Shown here piece by piece: positions 19,236 to 28,348 of a stretch of 39,863 nucleotides of DNA. Source of the DNA: Chitinophagaceae bacterium (GTDB lineage Bacteria > Bacteroidota > Bacteroidia > Chitinophagales > Chitinophagaceae). The notes under the pieces were generated by a model that was given only the letters and a program-made list of their open reading frames with translations, did no database searches and was not told where the DNA came from. The position numbers and the translations under genes are program-made. Within the stretch, counting starts at the first letter, position 1. The number at the start of each line of letters is the position of its first letter. The stretch is taken from contig DASZUX010000320.1 of assembly GCA_035547455.1 (NCBI GenBank), positions 1 to 39,863 of the forward strand, written 5' to 3'.

Positions 19236-20543
19236 TTATTGCTTTAATGCCTGTTTATATACCTGTAACACCCGCTGCCGCGCCACTTCGTGGTTTACAA
19301 CAGGTTGCGAGTATCCTGGTGTATCCAATTCAGGCACCCATTTGCGTATATACTTTAATTCAGGGTCAAACTTTTTGGTTTGCGCTGCAGGGCTGAATAT
19401 CCTGAAATAAGGTGCCGCGTCGCAGCCGCAGCCGGCGCTCCACTGCCAGCCACCATTATTTGCCGCAAAATCATAATCAAGCAGTTTTTGCGCAAAATAC
19501 GCTTCACCCCATCGCCAGTCAACCAGCAGGTGTTTTGTAAGGAACGAAGCTGTTATCATCCGTACCCGGTTGTGCATATAACCTGTAGCATTCAGTTCCC
19601 GCATTCCGGCATCTACTATGGGGTATCCTGTTTGGCCTTTGCACCAATTTTTAAATTCCTCTTCATTGTTACGCCATCGTATCGCATCATATTCTTTTTT
19701 GAAAGCCTCACCTCTCCTGACATGCGGGAAATGCCATAATATCGAATGATAAAAATCCCGCCAAATCAATTCATTTAAAAAGGTATCGTTCAATTCTTTT
19801 GCTTTTGCGGCCCATTGCCGTATGCTTACCGTACCAAACCGCAGGTGTACGCTAAGCCTGCTGGTGCCTTTTATTGCCGGGTAATCGCGGGTTTGCGCAT
19901 AATGTTTTATTAATTGTTCGGGCACAACAGAAGAAGGAAATGCGTCGCCGGTTGCTTTAAACCCCATTTGCTCCAGAGAGGGTAAAGACTGTGCCTGTTG
20001 CTTAAAAAAATTGTGAAAGTATTGAGTGGTAGGATATGGTTTTAGAAAAAAAGGAGCAAGTGTTGCTTTCCATTTTTTGCTGTATGGTGTAAATATTGTA
20101 TATGGTGTATTGTCATCTTTAAGTACTTCCCTCCCATCAAATATTACCTGGTCTTTATAAATATGCATTGCTATACCCTGCTGCCTCAAAAATTCCCGAA
20201 TACTTTTATCACGGTCAAGAGCATATTGCTCGTAATCGGCATTTGTAAATACCTTTTCAATGCCATATTCGGTTACCAGCTTCTCAAATATAATTAAAGG
20301 CTTGTCGTAAAATACCCTCAAACTGCTGCCCATGCCTGCCAATTGAGTTTGCAGGCTTTCAATGGTTTTATAAATAAACTCTACGCGACGATCTGTGCGT
20401 TCCCCCAAGGTATCTAAAATATTCCTGTCAAAAACAAAAATGGGTATTACTGGTATCCCTTGCCGTAAGGCATAGTAAAGAGCAGCATTGTCAACTAACC
20501 GCAAATCTCTTCTAAACCACATTATGTTTATGCGCGGCTTCAT
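19236..20543 (-). CDS. phrB: Deoxyribodipyrimidine photolyase (class I CPD photolyase-like, cryptochrome/photolyase family)
   Basis: ATG at 20543 (MKPRINIMWFRRDLRLVDNAAL) avoids the overlap with the upstream gene that the track's 20660 start creates. The C-terminal region TGYPIVDAGMRELNATGYMHNRVRMITASFL...NNGGWQWSAGCGCDAAPYFRIFSP is close to E. coli PhrB as I remember it. Confidence 0.88.
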   Translation of the reverse strand: MKPRINIMWFRRDLRLVDNAALYYALRQGIPVIPIFVFDRNILDTLGERTDRRVEFIYKTIESLQTQLAGMGSSLRVFYDKPLIIFEKLVTEYGIEKVFTNADYEQYALDRDKSIREFLRQQGIAMHIYKDQVIFDGREVLKDDNTPYTIFTPYSKKWKATLAPFFLKPYPTTQYFHNFFKQQAQSLPSLEQMGFKATGDAFPSSVVPEQLIKHYAQTRDYPAIKGTSRLSVHLRFGTVSIRQWAAKAKELNDTFLNELIWRDFYHSILWHFPHVRRGEAFKKEYDAIRWRNNEEEFKNWCKGQTGYPIVDAGMRELNATGYMHNRVRMITASFLTKHLLVDWRWGEAYFAQKLLDYDFAANNGGWQWSAGCGCDAAPYFRIFSPAAQTKKFDPELKYIRKWVPELDTPGYSQPVVNHEVARQRVLQVYKQALKQ

Positions 20544-20586
20544 ATTGTTTATTTTTAACACAATAACAATAAACAATATTAAAAGT

Positions 20587-21432
20587 TTATGCGTAAAGTG
20601 GTACAATAAACTTATTAAACATGGTTTTAACTGCCTGCGGGGTGTAATTGCTGCTGCCACAAGTTTTCACCCAACGTATGCCATAACCGGCGTTGGTTAA
20701 AAATACCTCCTGTGCCTGCAAAACATCTTCGGCAGAAACCGAAGTTTCCTCAACGGGTATTCCCTCTGTGTGGCAGCATTGAAGCAAATAACGGCGTACC
20801 ACCCCGGCAACGCACCCTTCAGTTATTGCAGGCGTTTTAATAACCCCATCCTTTACAATAAATACATTGGCAATACTGGCATCGGCAATACGTTCGTGAC
20901 TGTTAAGTACCAGCGCATCGTTCAGTTTTTGTTGCTTTGCCCATAACGCGGCCATGGCATAACACAGGTAATTGTTGTTTTTAATGGGCGAAAACATGTC
21001 ACACGCCTTACGGGCATCGGGAAAAATGCCAGTTACCAAACCGTTTTCATTAAGGGTATTGATAGCAGGGTTCATTAGCCATGTTTGTATAATATAATTT
21101 GGCTTGTTATCATCGTCATACAACCCTCCGTCACCCCTAAAAACCGTCAGTCGTATCCTTGCCAATGATGTATGCCCGTTTTTTTTGGCAATATTTCCAA
21201 TTTGTTCCTCAAGCGCATCGGCGGTAAAATTGCCGGGGCTATCAAATTTCAGGGTATCTAACGAGGAAAACAATCGTTCAAAATGCAGGTTACGCAGCAG
21301 TATTTTACCTTTCACCATTTTCATAGTTTCAAAAAAACCATCCCCATAACGGAATGAACGGTTATTGGGCGAAATAAACAGTTTGTCTGAATTATGTGTT
21401 TTACCATTGTAATTGAGATAAAAAGAAGACAT
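20587..21432 (-). CDS. Class IV (fold type IV) PLP aminotransferase family, aminodeoxychorismate-lyase-like
   Basis: 281 aa. Its general collinearity with PabC/IlvE-type proteins (FRYGDGFFET start, NVFIVKDGVIKTP, GVVRR) is recognised from memory. Confidence 0.75.
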   Translation of the reverse strand: MSSFYLNYNGKTHNSDKLFISPNNRSFRYGDGFFETMKMVKGKILLRNLHFERLFSSLDTLKFDSPGNFTADALEEQIGNIAKKNGHTSLARIRLTVFRGDGGLYDDDNKPNYIIQTWLMNPAINTLNENGLVTGIFPDARKACDMFSPIKNNNYLCYAMAALWAKQQKLNDALVLNSHERIADASIANVFIVKDGVIKTPAITEGCVAGVVRRYLLQCCHTEGIPVEETSVSAEDVLQAQEVFLTNAGYGIRWVKTCGSSNYTPQAVKTMFNKFIVPLYA

Positions 21433-21481
21433 ATTAAAAATAGATTAGCTGCAATTTAATTGTAATAACCAATTTTGCCGT

Positions 21482-22579
21482 ATGAAGATATTTGATGTTA
21501 CAAGCTACCTTGAGCAAATTGCACCCACCGCTTACCAGGAAAGTTATGACAATGCCGGCCTGTTAACGGGCAACCCGGCCTGGGAGTGTACAGGCATTAT
21601 GTGTACACTTGACGCTACAGAAGAAGTAATATTAGAAGCACGGGAGAAGCATTGCAACCTGGTAGTAGCCCACCATCCTATAATTTTTGGCGGGCTAAAA
21701 AAAATAACCGGCCGAAATTATGTTGAGCGGGCGGTTATTGCTGCTATTAAAAATGATATTGCCGTTTATGCTATACACACTAATCTTGACAACGTGATAC
21801 AAGGGGTGAATAATAAAATGGCGGATAAACTGGAGCTAATTAACCGCAGTGTACTTGCACCCAAAGCCGGGGAGTTAATGAAGCTGTTTACGTTTGTTCC
21901 CGTGGAACATGCCGAAAGAGTGCGCTCAGCCATTTTTGAAGCTGGTGGAGGACATATTGGCAATTACAGTGAAACAAGCTTTAATGCAGAAGGCACAGGC
22001 ACATTTAGAGGCAGCGATGCGGCTACCCCGTTTGTAGGACAAAAAGGAGTACGACACGAGGAAAAAGAAACAAAAATTGAGATAATATTTCCAAAATATT
22101 TGAAAATCAATATTATAAACGCTTTATTAAAAACGCATCCATACGAAGAAGTTGCCTATGATATTATAGCGCTGGCAAACCATTACCCGCAGGTAGGCAG
22201 CGGGCTTACCGGGTATTTGGAAGCCCCTGTAGCAGAAGAACAATTTTTAGCACAACTTAAACAAGCCTTTGCCCTGCAGGTAATAAGGCATACCCCATTG
22301 ACCGGCAGGCCAATAGGTAAAATAGCCTTATGCGGTGGGGCCGGCAGCTTTTTAACAACCCAGGCGGCTGCCAGCGGCGCAGATATATATATTACTGCTG
22401 ATATAAAGTACCACGAATTTTTTGAGGCAGACGGCCACCTTGTTTTGGCTGATATAGGCCACTGGGAAAGTGAGCAATATACCATTGATTTGCTTTTTGA
22501 TATTTTGCAATCCAAATTCCCTACCTTTGCCGTCCAAAAAACGCAGGTAAAGACGAACCCGGTTAATTACTTTGTTTGA
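21482..22579 (+). CDS. Nif3-family dinuclear-metal-centre protein (long YqfO-type with inserted domain)
   Basis: 365 aa. It has SYDNAGLL, VVAHHPIIF, AIHTNLD and a C-terminal GHWESE. It is followed by its usual COG1579 partner. Confidence 0.9.
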   Translation: MKIFDVTSYLEQIAPTAYQESYDNAGLLTGNPAWECTGIMCTLDATEEVILEAREKHCNLVVAHHPIIFGGLKKITGRNYVERAVIAAIKNDIAVYAIHTNLDNVIQGVNNKMADKLELINRSVLAPKAGELMKLFTFVPVEHAERVRSAIFEAGGGHIGNYSETSFNAEGTGTFRGSDAATPFVGQKGVRHEEKETKIEIIFPKYLKINIINALLKTHPYEEVAYDIIALANHYPQVGSGLTGYLEAPVAEEQFLAQLKQAFALQVIRHTPLTGRPIGKIALCGGAGSFLTTQAAASGADIYITADIKYHEFFEADGHLVLADIGHWESEQYTIDLLFDILQSKFPTFAVQKTQVKTNPVNYFV

Positions 22580-22580
22580 T

Positions 22581-22600
22581 TTGCAGGCCATTGCAGGCCA
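22581..22600. repeat. Perfect tandem duplication TTGCAGGCCA x2
   Basis: Read directly, immediately after the Nif3 stop codon. Confidence 0.9.
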
Positions 22601-22643
22601 GGAAAATGTAAGTAACAGCAAAACGGTACGTATATACTGATTG

Positions 22644-22663
22644 CCGGCAGCAACCGGCAGCAA
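22644..22663. repeat. Perfect tandem duplication CCGGCAGCAA x2
   Basis: Read directly in the same 112-bp spacer. Confidence 0.9.
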
Positions 22664-22691
22664 CGTAAAACTTTAAACTACAAATTATAAC

Positions 22692-23447
22692 ATGGCTACA
22701 GTTAAAGATTTTTCTGTGGAAGAAAAGCTTGCTTCACTGGTTAGGCTCCAAAAAATTGACAGCAAACTTGATGAAATAAAAATATTACAGGGCGAGTTGC
22801 CGATTGAGGTAAAAGACCTGGAAGACGAAATACACGGTTTAACCAGCCGTAAAAACCGTATTGAAGAGGAAATAAACGGCATTTCGGAGTTTATTGAGCA
22901 AAAGAAAAATGCTATAAAAGATGCCGAAGCGCTTGTAAAAAAATACGAAAAACAAAGCGAAACCGTAAAAAATAACCGCGAATTTGAAGCAATCAATAAG
23001 GAAATTGAGATGCAGCAGCTTGAAGCAAAACTTGCCGACAAGCACATTCGCGATGCAAACGAGGAACTGGCAGATAAAGCACGTCTTCTTGACCAGGCTA
23101 AAAAGCAAATCGGGGCCAAAGAGGGTGTTTTGACCCACAAAAAAGGCGAACTGGAAAAGATTATTGCAGAAACCGCCAAAGAAGAAAACCATTACAATGA
23201 AATTGCATCCGAAGCACGCAAAGGCATGGATGAACGCCTTTTGTACAGCTACGACCGCATACGCAAAAGCTATCGTAATGGCCTGGCAGTTGTGCCGGTA
23301 GTGCGTGATGCATGCGGGGGGTGTTTTAATGCTATTCCGCCGCAAAAGCAGAGTGAAATACGCCAGCGCAAAAAAGTGATGGTGTGTGAAAACTGTGGCC
23401 GTATTTTGGTGGACGATGAACTTAACAATGCTACAGAAGTACAATAA
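22692..23447 (+). CDS. COG1579-type coiled-coil protein with C-terminal C4 zinc ribbon
   Basis: 251 aa. A K/E-rich coiled coil is followed by CGGC...N(17)...CENCGRIL. The gene pair with Nif3 is conserved. Confidence 0.85.
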   Translation: MATVKDFSVEEKLASLVRLQKIDSKLDEIKILQGELPIEVKDLEDEIHGLTSRKNRIEEEINGISEFIEQKKNAIKDAEALVKKYEKQSETVKNNREFEAINKEIEMQQLEAKLADKHIRDANEELADKARLLDQAKKQIGAKEGVLTHKKGELEKIIAETAKEENHYNEIASEARKGMDERLLYSYDRIRKSYRNGLAVVPVVRDACGGCFNAIPPQKQSEIRQRKKVMVCENCGRILVDDELNNATEVQ

Positions 23448-23474
23448 TGTGTTAAACGTTAAATAATTTATGAC

Positions 23475-23506
23475 AAAGGGCACTTGTTTGAGTGTCCTTT
23501 TTTATT
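23475..23506 (+). terminator. Rho-independent terminator after the zinc-ribbon gene
   Basis: AAAGGGCAC-TTGTTTGA-GTGTCCTTT forms a 9-bp stem with one G:U, followed by TTTATTTT. Confidence 0.6.
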
Positions 23507-23515
23507 TTCGGGGTA

Positions 23516-25015
23516 ATGAAATCAGTTCTAACCAGGATTTCCTTCATAATAGCCTTATTTCTTTATTACCTGGATGGCAATGCCCAAAAGGTATTTGATT
23601 TTGATGCTACCTGCCAGCAGGCTTATCATGAAATTATTTGTCTTAAACTTAACAGCGGGCAACGCATAATAAACGAGGCCAGGCAGCAAAACCCGAACAA
23701 CCTTATTCCTGAACTGCTGGAAAGCTATATTGATTTTTACGAGTTATTTTTTAATGAAGACCCTGCAGAATATAAAGAACGTGCAGATAATTTTGACAAA
23801 CACCTTGACAAAATTGAAGATGGCCCGGAAAGTTCACCGTTTTACAATTTTACAAGGGCTACCGTTTTGTTACAAAAAGCATGTGTACAAATAAAGTTTG
23901 GCAGCATGTTTAGTGCGGGGTGGAATTTTAGAAAGGCCTTTGGCTTAATAAAAGACAACCGTAAAGACTTTCCAACCTTTACACCCAACAACATGATATA
24001 TGGACCTGCCATGGTAGCGGCCGGCGTTATACCGGACGGTTACAAAATGCTGGCCAGTATTTTTGGTGTAAAGGGTTCAGTAAAACAAGGCATTGCTATT
24101 ATGCAGGCTTTTGTAAACGGAACAGATACATGGTCGCGGTTGTATTTTGAGGAAGCTTCATTTTATTATTGCTACATTGTTTTTTATATTGAAAATAAAC
24201 CAGAAGAAGCATTTCAGTATATATCGCAGCACAATCTTGACCTGGTAAACAACCACCTGCTGGCTTATATGGCAGCGAACCTGGCTATTAATAACAAAGA
24301 GAATGAATTTGCAAAAACGGTAATTACCAGCAGGAACCAGTCTTCTGAATACATGAAAACAGCCGTTTGGGATTTTGAGATGGGCTATATAAAGATGCGC
24401 CACCTTGAAACCGAAGAAGCAGTAAAATATTTTTCAAGCTACCTGGCTAATTTTAAGGGAAAGTTTTACGTTAAAGATGCATGCGAAAAATTAAGCTGGT
24501 GTTATTATTTAATGGGCAACACCCAGGCCGCACTGAAAACGTTGAACCATGTTACCGAAATAGGAAATACGGCTACAGACGCAGATAAACAGGCTAACAG
24601 GGATGCAAAAACGGGTGTTTTGCCTAATATTTTACTGCTTAAAGCAAGAGTTTTATCAGATGGCGGCTATAACCAGGAAGCATTAAGATCGCTCGCTGGT
24701 AAAAACAGCAATGATTTTGAAAAAATTGAGGAGCGGCTTGAATTTGTATACCGGCTGGGCAGAATTTACGATGACCTGGCCAATTACGAGTCAGCTATAA
24801 AAGCTTATAACATAACTATTACTATTGGCAAAAACAGGCACGAGTATTATGCAGCGCGCGCCGCACTTCAGCTTGGCCTCATTTACGAAAAGCTGGGCAA
24901 AAAAGACCTTGCTGTCAGTTGCTATCAAAAATGCCTTAATATGGACGATCATGAATACAAAGACTCCATTGACCAAAAGGCAAAGGCGGGTATAGCAAGG
25001 TGTAAGGGCCAGTAA
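23516..25015 (+). CDS. TPR-repeat protein with N-terminal signal/anchor
   Basis: ATG at 23516 (MKSVLTRISFIIALFLYYLDGNAQ) is preferred to GTG at 23492, which lies inside the terminator stem. The C-terminal half has TPR-like helices (YRLGRIYDDLANYESAIKAY, AALQLGLIYEKLGKKDLAVSCYQKCL). Confidence 0.7.
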   Translation: MKSVLTRISFIIALFLYYLDGNAQKVFDFDATCQQAYHEIICLKLNSGQRIINEARQQNPNNLIPELLESYIDFYELFFNEDPAEYKERADNFDKHLDKIEDGPESSPFYNFTRATVLLQKACVQIKFGSMFSAGWNFRKAFGLIKDNRKDFPTFTPNNMIYGPAMVAAGVIPDGYKMLASIFGVKGSVKQGIAIMQAFVNGTDTWSRLYFEEASFYYCYIVFYIENKPEEAFQYISQHNLDLVNNHLLAYMAANLAINNKENEFAKTVITSRNQSSEYMKTAVWDFEMGYIKMRHLETEEAVKYFSSYLANFKGKFYVKDACEKLSWCYYLMGNTQAALKTLNHVTEIGNTATDADKQANRDAKTGVLPNILLLKARVLSDGGYNQEALRSLAGKNSNDFEKIEERLEFVYRLGRIYDDLANYESAIKAYNITITIGKNRHEYYAARAALQLGLIYEKLGKKDLAVSCYQKCLNMDDHEYKDSIDQKAKAGIARCKGQ

Positions 25016-25084
25016 GTAACTGTTACAAAATACTTTTCAACATACCTGCCCGGCAAGAAAGCAATTACCTAATTTGCATTTGCG

Positions 25085-26740
25085 ATGCTCACAAAACTGC
25101 ATATTCAGAACTACGCCATTATAGAAGAAATAGTAATTCTGTTTTCCGGGAAGCTTAATATTATTACCGGCGAAACAGGGGCTGGCAAAAGTATTCTGAT
25201 GGGCGCTCTTAGCCTTGTACTTGGCGAACGCGCAGACACATCTGCCCTGCTTAATATAGAAAAAAAATGTTTTGTAGAAGCCAGTTTTAACATCAGCCAA
25301 AACACAGAAGCACGGCAGTTTTTACACGAGAACGAACTGGATGGCGATGACGAGCTACTGGTACGCAGAGAGATTGCCGCATCAGGCAAATCGCGCGCAT
25401 TCATTAACGATATTCCTGCCACATTACAGCAACTAAGACAACTGGCATCGCTGCTGGTTGACCTTCACCAGCAATTTGATACGTTTGCTATAGGCGAGAC
25501 GAGTTTCCAGCGCAAAGTATTGGACGCGCTGGCCGGTAATAACGCGCTGCTGAAGGAATATACAGCCTCTTTCCGCACCTGGCAAAAAGAGAGAGAAACG
25601 CTTCAAACACTGTATGCACAAAAAAACGACTTTGACCGGGAGTTAGACTATCACCAGTTTCTTTTTGATGAATTAAACGATTTGCAGCTAAAAGAAAATG
25701 AGCTGGAAGATATTGAAGCTGAGCTAAAATTGTTAAGCAATGCAGAAAACATAAAAGCTACACTGTCAAAAGCATATTACGATTTAAAAGAAAGCGAACT
25801 ACCGGTGGTACAGCAGGTAAAAAAGCTGGCAAACCAGTTGAATGGCTACACATCATACCACAGCAACCTGCCTTCAATAGTGCAGCGGCTGCAAAGCCTG
25901 CAAATTGAGTTGCAGGATGTAGCCTCCGAAATAGAAAGTCTTAACAATGCCATACTGTTTGACGCGCAAAGAATAGAATGGATAAATGAGCGCATTGCTT
26001 CAGGCTACCGGCTGTTAAAAAAACACGGGGTGCAAACTACGGGAGACCTTATTGCAGTACGTAAACAACTGGAAGAAAAATTGCAGGCAGTGCTGAATAT
26101 GGATGAAACAATTGTTGCGAAAGAAAGAGAAGTGGCGGCATTATTTGAAAAAACTGCTGCACTGGCAGCTAATTTGTCAAATCGCCGTAATGTGCAGGTA
26201 AAGCCGCTTGAAGGAGAGGTGAACAGGCTGCTTGCCCAGGTGGGTATGCCAAACGCCATACTGAAAGTAACCATAACCCCTTCTGATTTTAATAATTACG
26301 GCGCTGATACAATTGAATTTTTATTCGACGCTAACAAAAGCGGTCGTTTTGAAGCCGTCAGCAAAGTTGCCAGCGGAGGGGAACTTAGCAGGCTTATGCT
26401 TTGCATAAAATCGCTAATAGCACAAACTATTGACCTGCCTACCATGATTTTTGACGAAATTGACACGGGTATTTCAGGAGAGGCTGCAAGACAGGTGGGA
26501 ATAATAATGAAAGCCCTTTCACAAAACAGGCAGGTAATATGTATAACGCACCAGCCGCAAATTGCGGGCAAGGCTGACGCCCATTTTTTTGTATATAAAG
26601 AAATAAAAGGTGATGCCATTAAAACCAATATACGCCTGCTGACAGAAGAAGAACGTATTACCGCCATTGCTCAAATGTTCAGCGGCGAGAACCTTACTGC
26701 GGCAGCGTTGCAAAATGCCCGGGAAATGATGATGAATTGA
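25085..26740 (+). CDS. recN: DNA repair protein RecN
   Basis: 551 aa. It has the Walker A motif ITGETGAGKSIL, a long central coiled coil, the signature SGGELSRLML and the Walker B motif MIFDEIDTGISG. Confidence 0.95.
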   Translation: MLTKLHIQNYAIIEEIVILFSGKLNIITGETGAGKSILMGALSLVLGERADTSALLNIEKKCFVEASFNISQNTEARQFLHENELDGDDELLVRREIAASGKSRAFINDIPATLQQLRQLASLLVDLHQQFDTFAIGETSFQRKVLDALAGNNALLKEYTASFRTWQKERETLQTLYAQKNDFDRELDYHQFLFDELNDLQLKENELEDIEAELKLLSNAENIKATLSKAYYDLKESELPVVQQVKKLANQLNGYTSYHSNLPSIVQRLQSLQIELQDVASEIESLNNAILFDAQRIEWINERIASGYRLLKKHGVQTTGDLIAVRKQLEEKLQAVLNMDETIVAKEREVAALFEKTAALAANLSNRRNVQVKPLEGEVNRLLAQVGMPNAILKVTITPSDFNNYGADTIEFLFDANKSGRFEAVSKVASGGELSRLMLCIKSLIAQTIDLPTMIFDEIDTGISGEAARQVGIIMKALSQNRQVICITHQPQIAGKADAHFFVYKEIKGDAIKTNIRLLTEEERITAIAQMFSGENLTAAALQNAREMMMN

Positions 26741-27169
26741 CATTTGCCTATATTTATTTTTGCTTATACCGATATTTTGGTATTTACATTTTTTGCCTTC
26801 ACCGTCACCTTTGTGCAAAAAATGTAATGAAGAATTTTACTATGTTTTGTCATCACCAGTTCCGGATCACAAAAGGCTGTATTATTAATTTATGTTAATG
26901 AGCGGGAGGGCTATACACCAGCAATATGTACAGCTTTACCAGGGTGCTAATAACATAAATGTCTCAATAAATATTCCCGCCCCGGGAATATGCATAGCTG
27001 AATTATGTCTTACAAGGAAGAAACCAAGCCAATGCTTTATTGCAAATAACCCCTAAAACAAAGCTATATATTAACAGCCCTGTTCCATACGGTTTTATTA
27101 TTTCAACCCTGCTTGCCGAATATTGCCGCAATCCTGTCTTATTACGTTTTTGATAACAGGTTAAATACG

Positions 27170-27177
27170 TAAGTTTG
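27170..27177 (+). promoter_or_regulatory. Bacteroidota-type -7 promoter box (TAAGTTTG) upstream of the GH53 gene
   Basis: Exact TAnnTTTG match, 21 nt before the ATG at 27199. It overlaps the track's TTG start at 27175, which argues for the ATG. Confidence 0.35.
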
Positions 27178-27198
27178 GTTCATCTTACAACAACCAAT

Positions 27199-28227
27199 AT
27201 GTGCAGCCTTTCCCGCTTATATAAAATTGTTTTATACTGGTTTATTATATTCTTTTTTTTCACTTATAATGTACAGGCGCAAAAGCCTGTCACTAAAATT
27301 TTAGGGGCAGATATATCCTTTCTTCCGGAGCTGGAGGCAAGGGGCATGCAATTTGCCGACAACGGGGTTAAGAAGGATGCCATTCAAATTTTGAAAGAGC
27401 ACGGTTTTAACTACATACGCCTGCGTATTTTTGTAAATCCTGAAGCAGACAGCGGCTATTCTCCCCAAAAAGGCTTCTGCAATTTTGCCAATACATTGCA
27501 AATGGCCAAACGTATAAAAGCTGCAGGCATGGGCTTTTTACTTGACTTTCATTATAGCGACACCTGGGCTGATCCTGGCAAACAATTTAAGCCACAGGCT
27601 TGGAAAAACTTATCTTATGCTGATTTAGTTAAGCAGGTGCATGACTACACAAAAGATGTTGTAGCATCATTAAAAGAGCAGGGCGTTGCGCCAGACATGG
27701 TACAGGTAGGCAATGAGATAAACCATGGCATATTATGGCCTACGGGCAATACAAAAAACATGGATAGCCTTGCCGGGTTATTAAAAGCCGGCATTAAAGG
27801 TGTTAAAGAAGCTGATAAACGTATAAAAATAATGCTGCATATAGCTTGTGGCGGTCAAAACACAGAATCCCGGTATTTTATTGATAATATGCTTGCCAGG
27901 CACGTAAAATTTGATATTATAGGGGAGTCTTATTATCCTCAATGGCACGGCACTATTAAAGAGTTGCATGATAACCTTAATGATCTTTGCAAAAGGTATA
28001 AACAGGATGTTATGGTAGCAGAATACACTGAAAAAAAGATAGAAGTGAATGATATTGCCTTTACGCTGCCCAGTGGGAAAGTAAGCGGGACATTTATTTG
28101 GGAACCGCTGAATACTTGGGAGCAGATATTTGATAAACAAGGCAACACCAACAACCTGATTAACGTTTATCCCGTAATTGTCCAAAAATATAATATTCCG
28201 CCTGCAGGCGCCGGCCAGAAAAAATAA
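27199..28227 (+). CDS. Arabinogalactan endo-beta-1,4-galactanase, glycoside hydrolase family 53
   Basis: GH53-type segments are GADISFLPELEARG, FNYIRLRIFVNP, GFLLDFHYSDTWADPGKQFKPQAW, the acid/base region VQVGNEINHG and the nucleophile region VMVAEYT. Confidence 0.9.
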   Translation: MCSLSRLYKIVLYWFIIFFFFTYNVQAQKPVTKILGADISFLPELEARGMQFADNGVKKDAIQILKEHGFNYIRLRIFVNPEADSGYSPQKGFCNFANTLQMAKRIKAAGMGFLLDFHYSDTWADPGKQFKPQAWKNLSYADLVKQVHDYTKDVVASLKEQGVAPDMVQVGNEINHGILWPTGNTKNMDSLAGLLKAGIKGVKEADKRIKIMLHIACGGQNTESRYFIDNMLARHVKFDIIGESYYPQWHGTIKELHDNLNDLCKRYKQDVMVAEYTEKKIEVNDIAFTLPSGKVSGTFIWEPLNTWEQIFDKQGNTNNLINVYPVIVQKYNIPPAGAGQKK

Positions 28228-28348
28228 GCAAAAATGTTAACACGTAGCCTGTGGTGACGCTTATAGCAATAAGCCTGTATGTACTTAAAAGGCATTTCAA
28301 ATTTTTCCCGCAATAAATTTTGTCCGATACTTGTTTATTATAAAGATA

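Noticed and set aside
20544-20660. Track-predicted N-terminal extension of the photolyase ORF (start at 20660)
   Set aside because: The extension overlaps the 3' end of the class IV aminotransferase gene and encodes a hydrophobic non-homologous leader. The ATG at 20543 gives the canonical MKPRINIMWFRRDLR photolyase N-terminus.
22685-23483. Long antisense ORFs (164 aa and 214 aa) opposite the COG1579 coiled-coil gene
   Set aside because: Their translations are F/L/S/C-rich low-complexity strings, the mirror image of a K/E-rich coiled-coil gene. The sense gene has clear motifs (the C4 zinc ribbon) and a conserved Nif3 partner. They are artefacts of composition.
26519-26818. 99-aa minus-strand ORF spanning the recN 3' end and the spacer
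   Set aside because: It is mostly antisense to a confidently called recN, with no recognisable motifs and odd composition.
26827-26898. 23-codon ORF (MKNFTMFCHHQFRITKGCIINLC) in the recN/GH53 spacer
   Set aside because: It is too short to support from sequence alone, and I see no convincing ribosome-binding or promoter context. It is mentioned only as something ribosome profiling could test.
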